Positions 37,927 to 49,979 of a stretch of 59,386 bases of DNA are shown in pieces. Origin of the DNA: Myxococcota bacterium (GTDB lineage Bacteria; Myxococcota_A; UBA9042; PHBI01; JAWLBL01). The notes under the pieces are model-generated. The model made no database searches. It saw only the letters and a program-made list of their open reading frames with translations, and was not told the origin of the DNA. The stretch lies in NCBI GenBank assembly GCA_041687695.1, contig JAWLBL010000039.1, positions 1 through 59,386 on the forward strand, given 5' to 3'. Made by a program: the position numbers and the translations under genes. Each line of letters opens with the position of its first letter. The stretch's first letter is position 1.

Positions 37927-38418
37927 ATGACCTACCAGCATCCGACCCGAAGCGACCTGCCCGAGACCACCCGCGCCCAGGTGGCGGACCTGCTCAACGC
38001 CTCGCTCGCCACCGCGATCGATCTCGCGCTGCAGGCCAAGCAGGCCCACTGGAACGTCAAGGGCCCGTCGTTTGCGGCCCTGCACGCCCTGTTCGACCAG
38101 GTCCACGCCGACGCGAGCGGCTGGGTCGACACCCTGGCCGAGCGCGCCGTGCAGCTGGGCGGCGTCGCCCAGGGCACCCTGCAGGCGGTCGGCGACCGCA
38201 CCGCCCTCGCCGTCTACCCGCTCGACCTCGTCGACGGCCGCGCCCACGTCGACGCGCTGGCCTCGGCCATGGCGCGCTTCGCCGCCGGGACCCGCGCCGC
38301 CATCGAGCGCACCGCCACCGCGGGCGACGCCGTGACGTCGGACCTCTTCACCGGCCTGACCTCGGCCGCCGACAAGACCCTGTGGCTGCTCGAGGCGCAC
38401 CTGCAGTCGGACCGGTAG
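37927..38418 (+). CDS. dps: DNA starvation/stationary phase protection protein Dps
   Basis: KQAHWNVKGPSF..LHALFD, DTLAERAVQLGG, DKTLWLLEAHL. Confidence 0.96.
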   Translation: MTYQHPTRSDLPETTRAQVADLLNASLATAIDLALQAKQAHWNVKGPSFAALHALFDQVHADASGWVDTLAERAVQLGGVAQGTLQAVGDRTALAVYPLDLVDGRAHVDALASAMARFAAGTRAAIERTATAGDAVTSDLFTGLTSAADKTLWLLEAHLQSDR

Positions 38419-38428
38419 CCTTTCGAAA

Positions 38429-38466
38429 CGCCCGCGCCCCGGCCACTCGGGACCGGGGCGCGGGCG
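38429..38466. terminator. 14-bp GC hairpin between convergent genes
   Basis: cgcccgcgccccgg-N10-ccggggcgcgggcg; only weak U tracts. Confidence 0.55.
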
Positions 38467-38480
38467 CCTTCGGGCCGCGC

Positions 38481-39458
<978 letters not shown>

Positions 39459-39601
39459 CTTGGGTTCCTCTTGATCGCGAAGGGGTGAAGGTCACCGGTC
39501 ACGGGCTGCTCGACGGGCCAGCTTGTGGCATGTTCTGTGTCGCCCGATGTCCTCGGATGTCCCGTCCAGGACCGGGCGCCGGTCCCCCCACCAGGACATC
39601 G

Positions 39602-42490
39602 ATGCCCCCGACCCTCGACCGCCCGCCCGCCGCGCCTGCCCTCCGGCCCTCGCTGCCCCTGGCCCACCGCCTGCCCAACCCGCCGCCGGTCTTCGTCGGC
39701 CGCGACGACGAGGCGCGCGCCCTGGCCGAGCTCGTCACCCGCGCCCCGGTCACCCACGTCCAGGGCCTGGGCGGCCTCGGCAAGTCGGCCCTGGTCGCCC
39801 ACACCCTGCACCGCCTCCTCCCCGACCGCGCCGCCCGCTGCTTCGTCGTCCGCCTGCGCCCCGGCGCCGACCTCCGCGCCGTCCTGGTCGACGTCGTCCG
39901 CGCCCTCGCCGCCGCCGAGGGCGTCCACCTCAGCGACTGGCAGGCCCACCTCTCCGAGCCCGACCTCGCCCTCGCCACCGCCCTCGACCACGCCGACGCC
40001 GGCCGCTGGACCGTCGTCCTCGAAGACCTCCACCACCTGCCCGCCCCCGCCGACCGCGCCGCCCTGCTCGAGCCGCTGGCCACCTACGCCCGCGACGCCC
40101 GCTGGATCGCCACCAGCCGCGAGGCCCCGCCCGCCGGCCTCCTCCCCGGCCAGGAGCTGACCCTCGGCCCCCTCTCCCCCGCCGGCCTCACCGCCCTCGC
40201 CGCCCACTGGGCCCCCGACCGCCCCGACGCCGACCGCCGCGCCGCCGTCGCCGACAGCGCCGGCGCCCCCTGGCGCCTCCGCCAGGCCCTCTTCGGCCAG
40301 CCCCTCGCCCCCGCCACCCCGGCCGAGCGCGACCCCCTCGGCGGCCTCTCCCCCGACGCCCGCGCCGCCCTGGGCGTCCTCGCCCTGCTCGACCGCCCGC
40401 TGCCCGAGGCCACCCTCGCCACCCTCCCGCAGGTCTCCCGCCCGGCCCTCGACCTCCTGCTCCGCAGCGGCCACCTCGAGACCACCGGCGGGGGCCTCGC
40501 CGCCCACGGCCTCAGCCGCTCCCTCGCCACCGAGCACACCCCCGCCCCGGCCCGCGCCGCCCTGGCCCGCGCCCTGGTCGCCCCGCTCGCCGCCGCCCCC
40601 GCGCCCGAGGCCCAGCTCGAGGCCCTGCGCCTCTCCGCCCGCCACGCCCCCGACGCCCTGCCGGCCACCGCGCTCGCCGTGACCCCGACCCTGGTCGCCG
40701 AGGGCTTCGCCCCCGAGGCCTGGGCCCTGCTCGCCTCGGCCGACGCCGCCCTGCCGCTGGCGCTGCGCCTGCGCCTGGCCCTGGACGCTGGCGACCTCGA
40801 CGCCGCCGTCGCCCTCGGCCCGCTCCCCGACGCCGCCCCGCCCGAGGCCGAGCTGGCCTGGGTGCGGGTCCTGTACGCGACCAACCGCTTCCCCGACGCC
40901 GCCCGCCGCGGCGCCCAGCTCGCCGCGACCGCGCCCCCCGATCTGGCCAACGAGGCCGCCCTGTTCGCCGGCCGCGCCTCCCTCGTCCTCGGCCAGGCCG
41001 CCGACGCCCTGGCCCTGGTCGACCCGCCGCGCCCCGCGCCCGACCCGACCACCCGCCTCTTGCTCGAGGACATCCGCATCTGCGCCTGCAACGCCCTGGG
41101 CCGCGCCGCCGAGGCGCGCGCCCTCGCCCGCGGCGCCATGGCCGAGTTCGAGACCGCCACGCCGCGCGTCCGCCGCCAGGTCGGCCACTACCTGGTCCGC
41201 AGCCTCTACATGCTGGGCCTGCTCCCCGAGGCCTCGCGCCTGCTCGCCCGCACCCTCGACGAGCTCGGCCCCCGCGCCCTCAGCCTGCAGGTCGGCCGCG
41301 GGGCCCTGTTCAGCGAGGCGGTCATCAGCCTCGAGAACGGCCGCCTCGCCGCCGCCGCCGCCGCCACCGAGCGCCTGCCCGCCTACTTCCCGCCCTCGGC
41401 CGGCGCCTGGCGCGCCATGGTCGACGCCCTGGCCCTGCAGGTCACCCTCTTCTCCTACGCCTTCGCCCCCGCCCGCATCGCCGACGTCATGGCGGCTGGC
41501 GAGCGCTTCGGCGCCCGCTCCATCGTCGCCGCCGCCCGCATGCAGCAGGCCCGCTGGGCCCTCGAGACCGGCGCCCCCCTGAGCTGGGACGACCAGGCGC
41601 TGGCCGGCGACGACCCGCACAACGTCATCGCGCGCGGCTGGAAGCAGGTCCACGCCGCCCGCCACGGTCAGGCCGACCCCGCGGCCCTGCAGGCGCCCTC
41701 GGACGCCGCCGGCGAGGCCGCCTTCCTGCGCCGCCTGGCCAGCGCCGCCGCCGCCTTCGTGGCGGGCGACGTCGCCTCGGCGGCCGCCCAGGCCCGCGAG
41801 ACCGCCGAGCTTGCGGACACCCAGGGCTACGGCCTGCTCGCCCCCGAGGCCTTCGAGCTGCTCGCCTGGACCGACGCCGCCCAGGGTCGCCTCGACGCCC
41901 TCGAGGCCGCCGCCGCCCGCCTGCTGGCCACCACCGAGGCCATGCCCGCCCCGCGCCTGGCCGCCCGCGCCCGCCTCCTCCTCGCCGCCGCCCGCGGCGA
42001 CCTCCCGGCCCTCTTCGCCCTGGCCCAGCGCCCCGACTGCGCCGCCGCCCGCCGCGCCCGCGCCCTGCTCGGCGCCCCCGCCCCGCTCGACCGCGCCGAG
42101 CAGCGCCTGATCCAGGCCCTGCGCCCCCTCCTGCCCACCCCCGCCCCGGCCTGGCTGGGCCCCACCGACGGCCCCCCCGACTGGCTGCTCGACCTCCCCG
42201 CCGGCCGCGTCCTCCCCGCTGCCGGTGATCCCATCGACCTGACCCGCACCCCGCAGCTCCTCCGCTTCCTCTCCGCCCTGGCCGACGCCGGCGGCGAGGC
42301 CTCCAAGGAGACCCTCGTCGGCGCCGCCTGGGACATCGCCGACTACCACCCCCTGCACCACGACAACCGCCTGCGCATCGCCGCCCGCAAGCTCCGCCAG
42401 CTCATCGAGCCCGACCCGACCGCCCCGACCCGCCTCCTCACCACCGAGGACGGCTACCGCCTCGGCGGCCGCGTCCTCGTCCTCTCCTGA
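39602..42490 (+). CDS. STAND-like P-loop ATPase with helical repeats and a C-terminal OmpR-type winged HTH
   Basis: FVGRDDE, GLGGLGKS, VVLEDLH, TSRE; C-terminal KETLV..AWD..DNRLRIAARKLRQLIE..LLTTEDGYRL. Confidence 0.8.
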   Translation: MPPTLDRPPAAPALRPSLPLAHRLPNPPPVFVGRDDEARALAELVTRAPVTHVQGLGGLGKSALVAHTLHRLLPDRAARCFVVRLRPGADLRAVLVDVVRALAAAEGVHLSDWQAHLSEPDLALATALDHADAGRWTVVLEDLHHLPAPADRAALLEPLATYARDARWIATSREAPPAGLLPGQELTLGPLSPAGLTALAAHWAPDRPDADRRAAVADSAGAPWRLRQALFGQPLAPATPAERDPLGGLSPDARAALGVLALLDRPLPEATLATLPQVSRPALDLLLRSGHLETTGGGLAAHGLSRSLATEHTPAPARAALARALVAPLAAAPAPEAQLEALRLSARHAPDALPATALAVTPTLVAEGFAPEAWALLASADAALPLALRLRLALDAGDLDAAVALGPLPDAAPPEAELAWVRVLYATNRFPDAARRGAQLAATAPPDLANEAALFAGRASLVLGQAADALALVDPPRPAPDPTTRLLLEDIRICACNALGRAAEARALARGAMAEFETATPRVRRQVGHYLVRSLYMLGLLPEASRLLARTLDELGPRALSLQVGRGALFSEAVISLENGRLAAAAAATERLPAYFPPSAGAWRAMVDALALQVTLFSYAFAPARIADVMAAGERFGARSIVAAARMQQARWALETGAPLSWDDQALAGDDPHNVIARGWKQVHAARHGQADPAALQAPSDAAGEAAFLRRLASAAAAFVAGDVASAAAQARETAELADTQGYGLLAPEAFELLAWTDAAQGRLDALEAAAARLLATTEAMPAPRLAARARLLLAAARGDLPALFALAQRPDCAAARRARALLGAPAPLDRAEQRLIQALRPLLPTPAPAWLGPTDGPPDWLLDLPAGRVLPAAGDPIDLTRTPQLLRFLSALADAGGEASKETLVGAAWDIADYHPLHHDNRLRIAARKLRQLIEPDPTAPTRLLTTEDGYRLGGRVLVLS

Positions 42491-42617
42491 CCGCGCCAGT
42501 CGCGACAGAGGACGCCGCTCTCAGAGTCCAGCCTCGCAGCCACTGCCCCTTGCTCCATGCCGAGCGATGACCCATCCTTGCCATGGGCCGCGACGCGGCC
42601 ACCGTCGGAGTACGCTC

Positions 42618-44018
42618 GTGCCCACACCCGCTCAGAACATCGAGTCGTCACGTCGCCGTTCAGGGCTCAGCCTCAATCACCTGGCCGCCCTCGCTGGCCT
42701 CGAGCCCGCGCGGTTACAGGCGCTCGAGGCCGGTCACGACGAACCGACGCCCTCTGAGCTGGACGCCGTGGCGCGCGTCTTCGGCCTGCCCATGCGCGAG
42801 TTCCTGGCTGGACTCGGGGACGAGACTCCGCTGGGCCAGCTCTTCCTGCGAAACCAGGAGCTTCTCGAAGCCGGGGCGGGTGATGCCTTGCTCGAGCTGT
42901 GTCAGTACGGGGCCCAGCAGGTCCTGGGCGAGTTCGTTCGGTGCGTCCATTACCTGCACCGACTGATCCCGAGCGCCGCTTCGGATGTGACGACGCTCTT
43001 TCCCGGGCAACCCCTCGACGCGGCTCCCCCCTTCGGAATGGATCGCTTCGCTGCCGGGGTGCGACGCATGCTGGCCATCGCGCCCGACGCACCGATCGAG
43101 TCGATGCGAGGCGTCATGGATCGGCTCGGCATCGAGGTCTTCTTCGTCAGCGAAGACGTCCTCTCGGCGCCCTTCGACGGCGCCTCCGTCGCCTCGCCGC
43201 GGCCGGCCGTCCTCGTCAATCTGGTGGGCGGACCGAGTTGTTGGTGGCGTATTCGGATGACGCTGGCCCATGAACTGGGGCACATCCTGCTGGATCACCG
43301 CAGCCGGGAACACGATGTCGCCATCATCAGCCCCCGGCCTGGCGAGCGCAGGTCACGCTGGAACTTCTTCGACGGTCACGAGGCCGTCGAGCGTCGCGCC
43401 AATGCCTTCGCCGCCCACTTCCTCGCTCCGGCGGAGGCCATCATGGCCCTGGTCGACGCCGGAGATCCGACCGCCGAGGCGTCGGTCACCGCCGTCTGTC
43501 AGCAGTTCCAGATCGGCAGGACGACGGCCATCTATCGTCTGGCACACACGTTCCGGTTGGACGTCCGCACCCGCACCCGGATGCTCGCCCGCGACCCGGG
43601 CGAGGTGCACGGGCCGCTCCACGTGGACGCCGTCAGCATCTCCGAGATCGGCCTCAGGGCCGGCCGGCTGAGGGAGGCCGTCGTCGGCGCCTTGCTCGCA
43701 GGGCGCGTCAGCCGGGTCGAAGCGCGCGAGATGCTGGGATTGGGGCTCTCCGACGCGCTCCCCGACGATCCCAGATTGTCCGAAGCGGATCGGAGGCCGC
43801 TGCGCGACCCGGTGCAACGGGTGTTGTCGGCCGCGCGAGCATTTCTCGGAGACAGCCCGGACACACGCGATTTCGAACCCGTCCGAGCGCGGCCTGCGCC
43901 GGGAGGCTGGCGGGTCGAGCTCGTGCGCTATCTCGACGTGAACGAAGTCGAGCCGAGGCCCGACGTGGCGCTTCGCGTCACCTACGACCTCTCTCAGGTC
44001 TCCTGGATGAACGCGTGA
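42618..44018 (+). CDS. XRE-HTH + ImmA/IrrE metallo-endopeptidase with an extra C-terminal domain
   Basis: RRRSGLSLNHLAALAG..LEAG..PTPSELDAVARVFG; FDGAS; RMTLAHELGH; ERRANAFAAHFLAP. The GTG at 42618 follows ggag (the track starts at 42567). Confidence 0.88.
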   Translation: MPTPAQNIESSRRRSGLSLNHLAALAGLEPARLQALEAGHDEPTPSELDAVARVFGLPMREFLAGLGDETPLGQLFLRNQELLEAGAGDALLELCQYGAQQVLGEFVRCVHYLHRLIPSAASDVTTLFPGQPLDAAPPFGMDRFAAGVRRMLAIAPDAPIESMRGVMDRLGIEVFFVSEDVLSAPFDGASVASPRPAVLVNLVGGPSCWWRIRMTLAHELGHILLDHRSREHDVAIISPRPGERRSRWNFFDGHEAVERRANAFAAHFLAPAEAIMALVDAGDPTAEASVTAVCQQFQIGRTTAIYRLAHTFRLDVRTRTRMLARDPGEVHGPLHVDAVSISEIGLRAGRLREAVVGALLAGRVSRVEAREMLGLGLSDALPDDPRLSEADRRPLRDPVQRVLSAARAFLGDSPDTRDFEPVRARPAPGGWRVELVRYLDVNEVEPRPDVALRVTYDLSQVSWMNA

Positions 44019-44539
44019 GCTCCGAGGCGAGCCGGGCAGCGCCGGCTCACGAGGTCCAGATCGCAGAGAACGCTTGCGTCCTCGCCTCGATCTGCATGGT
44101 CCTTCGAGCTCATGGTTCCCCGACGAGCCAGCAAACCCTGCGGGAGCGCCTCGTCGGCACACGCCGTGGCTACTCGCTGCGCGACGCGGCCACGCTGGTC
44201 AGCGGACGCTACCTGGAGCCGGACATCGACGACCCTTCGGCCATCGAGTGGCTCCGGGCGCAGTCGAACTCCGGCCGCCTGCTGATCCTGCAGATGTTCG
44301 CGGCCCGACTTCACCAGCTGGCTCTCGCCCGAGGACGAGATTCAGGCCCGTTCGGACCGCTGCCATCGAGCCCAGGCTTTCTTCACGCCATCGTCGTCGT
44401 CGGGACCCGGGACAGGGACTTCCTCTACCTCGATCCCTGGTTCGAGGGTGCCGACCAGCCGTTCAGCATCGGCGAAGATGCGTTGGCCGAGGCCTGGCAG
44501 GCCGGAGTCCTGGTGGTCTACGGACCGCCCGTCCCCTGA
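44015..44539 (+). CDS. Stand-alone C39-like papain-fold cysteine peptidase
   Basis: Q...NAC(VLASICMVL), HAIVVVG, YLDPW, LAEAW; GTGA overlap with the upstream stop. Confidence 0.75.
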   Translation: MSSEASRAAPAHEVQIAENACVLASICMVLRAHGSPTSQQTLRERLVGTRRGYSLRDAATLVSGRYLEPDIDDPSAIEWLRAQSNSGRLLILQMFAARLHQLALARGRDSGPFGPLPSSPGFLHAIVVVGTRDRDFLYLDPWFEGADQPFSIGEDALAEAWQAGVLVVYGPPVP

Positions 44540-44671
44540 GGGCTGGCAGACCTCGACCCACGCGCCTCCGAGCTGGGGCAAGCCCGGCCCATGAGCTTGA
44601 GGCTTCGGCCGCTCGCTTGGCGCCCCTCGGAGCGGTGCTACGATGCGCCGCACCCGACCCGGAGCGTGCCC

Positions 44672-46047
<1,376 letters not shown>

Positions 46048-46051
<4 letters not shown>

Positions 46052-47559
46052 TCCGCGGCAGCCTCGCCTCCCTGGCCTCCCTGACCGTCCTCGGCCTCGC
46101 CTCCTCGGCCCTCGGCGCCCCGCCCGCCGACGGCCCGGCCCTCGAGGTCGTCGCCCTGCCCAGCCCCGGCGCCAGCGCGGTCGACGTCCGCGTCCTGTTC
46201 CGCGTCGGCTCGGTCGACGACCCGCCGGGCAAGGCGGGCCTGGCCGCCCTGACCGCCCGCATGCTGGGCGACGCGGCCACCGCCAAGCGCAGCCAGCAGG
46301 CCCTGAAAGAGGCCCTGTACCCGATGGCCGCCGACTGGTCGGTCCTGGCCGACAAGGAGGCCACGACCTTCATCGGCCGGGTCCACCAGGACCACCTGCA
46401 GGCCTACACCGATCTGTTGCTCGAGGCCCTGCTGCAGCCCGGCTTCCGCGACGAGGACCTGGCCCGCCACAAGGACCAGCTGCGCGCCTTTCTGACGACC
46501 ACCCTCAAGGCCGCCAGCGACGAGCTGCTGGGCTTCGAGACGCTCAACACCGTCGCCTTCCAGGGCCACCCCTACGGCACCCCGGTCCAGGGCACGCTCT
46601 CGGGCCTGGACGCCATCACCATGGACGACGTCCGCCAGTTCTACCGCACCCACTACACCCGGCCGCGCACACTGCTGGGCCTCGCCGGCGGCTTCACGCC
46701 CGAGTACCAGTCCCGCCTGGCCGGCCGCCTGGCCGAGGGCCTCCCCGCGACCGGCGCCACCCGCCCGGACCTGCCCGCGCCTCCGCCGGTCACCGGCCGC
46801 CACGTCACCCTGGTCGAAAAGCCCACCGACTCGACCGGCATCCACTTCGCCAGGCCCATCCCGGTCCGCCCCGGCCACCCCGACTACCTGCCGCTGGCGG
46901 TCGCGGCCAGCTTCCTGGGCGAGCACCGCACCTTCCACGGCCGCCTGATGCAGCAGCTGCGCGGCCTGCGCGGCCTCAACTACGGCGACTACGCCTACGT
47001 CGAGCACTACCACAACCCGCCCGGCACCTCGCAGCCCACCCCCGGCGTCGCCCGGCAGCAGCAGCTCTTCACCGTCTGGGTCCGCCCGGTCGCCCCCGAC
47101 AAGGCCCACTTCGCCCTGCGCGCGGCCCTCTTCTACACCGACCAGCTGGTCCGCGAGGGCCTGACCCAGGCCCAGCTCGACCTCACCCGCGACTTCCTGA
47201 TGCGCTACGCCCAGCTGTGGCGCCAGACCGCCTCTCGCCGCCTCGGCTTCGCCATGGACGGCCGCCTGTACGGCATCGACTCGGTCATCGACGCCCTGGT
47301 CCAGGGCCTGCCCGCCCTGACCCTCGACCAGGTCAACGCCGCCATCCGCCGCCACCTGACCACGGCCGACCTGCACGTCGTCATGGTCACCCGCGACGCC
47401 CAGCCCCTGGCCACCGCCCTGAAAGCCGACACCCCCAGCCCCATCACCTACGACAGCCCCGTCCCCCCCGAGGTCACCGCCGACGACGCCCTCATCCAGA
47501 CCTACCCGGTCACCCCGGCCTCGGTCCGCGTCGTCCCCGTCGACCAGCTCTTCCGCTGA
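46048..47559 (+). CDS. M16B peptidase, non-catalytic partner subunit
   Basis: GSVDDPPGKAGLAALTA without HxxEH; HPYG; LRGLRGLNYG; ATGA overlap. Confidence 0.9.
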
Positions 47560-47615
47560 CCCCAGCGCGGTGTGGGGTTCGCGCTGCTGCGCGCCCGCCT
47601 TGCGTCGCCCCCGAC

Positions 47616-47645
47616 GGTTGATATCATGTGGAACAGGTTGATATC
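47616..47645 (+). promoter_or_regulatory. Putative TA operator
   Basis: GGTTGATATC occurs twice with a 20-bp period (palindromic GATATC cores) just before the antitoxin. Confidence 0.55.
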
Positions 47646-47657
47646 GCAGAGGGCGCC

Positions 47658-47900
47658 ATGGTCCGCACGGTCATCTCCCTGGACGAGGAAGACAAGCGCT
47701 GGCTGGACGAGCGCGCCGAGCGCGAGGGTGTTCCCATGACGGAGCTCGTGCGCCGAGCGGTTCGTCTCCTTCGCGCCTCGGAGTCCGAGCCGAGCTTCGA
47801 GGAGCTGCTGGAGTCCGTCCGCGGCACCTGGACGCGAGGAGATGGCCTCGAGTGGCAGACGCGGCTCCGGCAGGAGTGGGATGAACGTCCTCCTCGATAG
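47658..47900 (+). CDS. RHH/CopG antitoxin (VapB-like)
   Basis: MVRTVISLDEEDKRWL..MTELVRRAV..RLRQEW; overlaps the toxin start. Confidence 0.85.
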   Translation: MVRTVISLDEEDKRWLDERAEREGVPMTELVRRAVRLLRASESEPSFEELLESVRGTWTRGDGLEWQTRLRQEWDERPPR

Positions 47901-48252
47901 CGTGATCCTCATCGATCTCCTGAACGGATCGAAGCCGGCCGCCAACTACGTCCGCGAGCTCGGCCCAAGCGCCTTCGTCTCTCCGATCACCCGGGCCGAG
48001 GTCCTCAGCGGACTGGACCCCGAGTCCGCAGCGGCGCCGCGAGCCTTCCTGAACCGGTTCCAGTCGGTGGACATCGACTCCACCACCGCCGACCTGGCGG
48101 CCAGCCTCCGGCGAACGCACCGTTGGAAGCTCCCTGACGCCTTCCAGGCCGCCCTCGCGCAGCAGCACGGCCTCGTGCTGGCCACGCGCAACACCCGGGA
48201 CTTCGACCCAAAGCGCCATGCCTTCGTGACCGTGCCCTACGCTGCGCCGTAG
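47881..48252 (+). CDS. vapC: PIN-domain VapC toxin
   Basis: LLDSVILID, SPITRAEV, KLPDAFQAA, LATRNTRDF. Confidence 0.9.
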   Translation: MNVLLDSVILIDLLNGSKPAANYVRELGPSAFVSPITRAEVLSGLDPESAAAPRAFLNRFQSVDIDSTTADLAASLRRTHRWKLPDAFQAALAQQHGLVLATRNTRDFDPKRHAFVTVPYAAP

Positions 48253-48364
48253 CCGCTCTCACTGGCGATGGAGCAGGGAGTCTCACCTGTCTCAGATGCC
48301 TCGTCGGCGCAGCGATGCACAACTTCGCCAGCTGACGATGACATCGTATCGCAAAGATGGGACA

Positions 48365-48779
48365 TCGACTCGATGCGCTCTCGCGCCGAAGGCGCTGTGG
48401 AGCGCGCCGGCCATGCCGGCGCTATATGGGGCTGCGATCAGCAACGCGCTTGGCACGTCCCCGTCGCCGACCTGGCCGGCGCCCTGCGACCTGCAGGACC
48501 AGCAAACGAAACGTCGGCGCGATGCGCTCTCGCGCCGAAGGCGCTGTGGAGCGCGCCGGCCATGCCGGCGCTATGGGGCCGCGATCAGCTACGCGCTTGG
48601 CACGTCCACGGCGCCGACCTGGCCGGCGCACCGCGACCTGCAGGACCAGCAAACGAGGCGTCGACTCGATGCGCTCTCGCGCCGAAGGCGCTGTGGAGCG
48701 CGCCGGCCATGCCGGCGCTATGAAGCTGCGATCAGCTATGCGCTTGGCACGTCCCCGGCGCCGAAAAGACCGGCGCGCT
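48365..48779. repeat. 147-149-bp tandem array, left part (about 2.8 units)
   Basis: gatgcgctctcgcgccgaagg at 48372, 48521 and 48668; each unit carries GGAGC-gcgccggc-cat-gccggcgc and a degenerate inverted copy. Confidence 0.92.
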
Positions 48780-48890
48780 CACCGGTGTCTTCCAAAGCCG
48801 CCCCTGGCGGCGGAAGCAACCGCAGCGACACTGCGAGGGTCCTCGTGGAAGTGGACTGGAGCGGCGAGGGGGTCGGGGCGCTCGGCGTCT

Positions 48891-49241
48891 TCAGGTCGGA
48901 CCCAGCCCGAGGTAGAGTGAGAGCCCCGTGTCGATGGCGGCCAACTCGTCCGGCGCGACGACCCCGTACACGCGACGGAGGCGCCGCTTGTCGATGGAAC
49001 GCAGCTGGTCGACAAGGGCCCAGGATGGCTTGACGAGGCCGCTCTTGCCGGGCTGAAGCGCGGGGTAGAGCGCCCCGTGACCAGCCGTCCCGGTGACGGG
49101 GACGACGGCCACCAGGGGAAACCGCTGGTGCCCGATGACGTCCGGGTCACTCACCACCACACAGGGTCGGAGGCCGCGCTGCTCGTGGCCCAGGGTCGGG
49201 TCGAGTTCGGCCTGGACGACCGTACCGCGGACGAGGTTCAC
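48891..49241 (-). CDS. mazF: PemK/MazF-family endoribonuclease toxin
   Basis: RGTVVQAELDPTLGHEQRGLRPCVVVS, VVPVT, SWALVDQLRSIDKRRL. Confidence 0.92.
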   Translation of the reverse strand: MNLVRGTVVQAELDPTLGHEQRGLRPCVVVSDPDVIGHQRFPLVAVVPVTGTAGHGALYPALQPGKSGLVKPSWALVDQLRSIDKRRLRRVYGVVAPDELAAIDTGLSLYLGLGPT

Positions 49242-49543
49242 GACGCCTCCTCGACCCAACCTTCGCCGGGGACCCACCGGACCGGCCGGCCGGCGGCGGG
49301 GTCCAGCAGATCGTCGTCGCCCTCCGCGGCGGCGGCCATCCACTCGCCGAGCCCCGCGGCGGCCAGCTCGTCCGTCTCGGGATGCGGATTCACCAGCGAC
49401 GCCTCCAGCGCGTCGCGCCGACGGCGGTCCAGCTCGTGCGCGATGGCTTCGGAGATGAAGCGGCTGCGGTTGCTCGCGAGGCGGTCGATGCGCTCGACCA
49501 GCTCTGCGGGCAGGGTCACGGTGACTCGCGCGGTGGCCGACAT
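49238..49543 (-). CDS. RHH antitoxin
   Basis: RVTVTLPAELVERID..NRSRFISEAI; GTGA overlap with the toxin; TCATAC repeats upstream (about 49573-49589). Confidence 0.85.
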   Translation of the reverse strand: MSATARVTVTLPAELVERIDRLASNRSRFISEAIAHELDRRRRDALEASLVNPHPETDELAAAGLGEWMAAAAEGDDDLLDPAAGRPVRWVPGEGWVEEAS

Positions 49544-49649
49544 GACATCCTCCAGCGGCGGCGGGGGCGGAGTATGATCATCGTATGAGCGCAGGCGGCC
49601 GTCATCAATGCCCAGCCTGCGGGAGGTGGCGGGCTCGAGCGCTCGGTCC

Positions 49650-49962
49650 GCGACCTGCAGGACCAGCAATCGAGGCGTCGACTCGATGCGCTCTCGCGCC
49701 GAAGGCGCTGTGGAGCGCGCCGGCCATGCCGGCGCTATGGGGCTGCGATCCGCCAAGCGGTCGGCAGGTCCAAGGCGCCGACGTGGCCGGCGCGCTGCGA
49801 CCTGCAGGACCAGCAAACGAAGCGTCGACTCGATGCGCTCTCGCGCCGAAGGCGCTGTGGACCGCGCCGGCCATGCCGGCGCTATGGGGCTGCGATCAGC
49901 TACGCGCTTGGCACGTCCCCGGCGCCGACGTGGCCGGCGCTCTGCGACCTGCAGGCCCAGCA
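49650..49962. repeat. 147-bp tandem array, right part (about 2.1 units)
   Basis: The same unit occurs at 49685 and 49832. Confidence 0.92.
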
Positions 49963-49979
49963 GCCGTGCCCTCCTCGCC

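Noticed and set aside
47560..49962. Integron cassette array (TA genes between repeats)
   Set aside because: I saw no RYYYAAC...GTTRRRY attC boxes and no intI; the repeats are REP-like.
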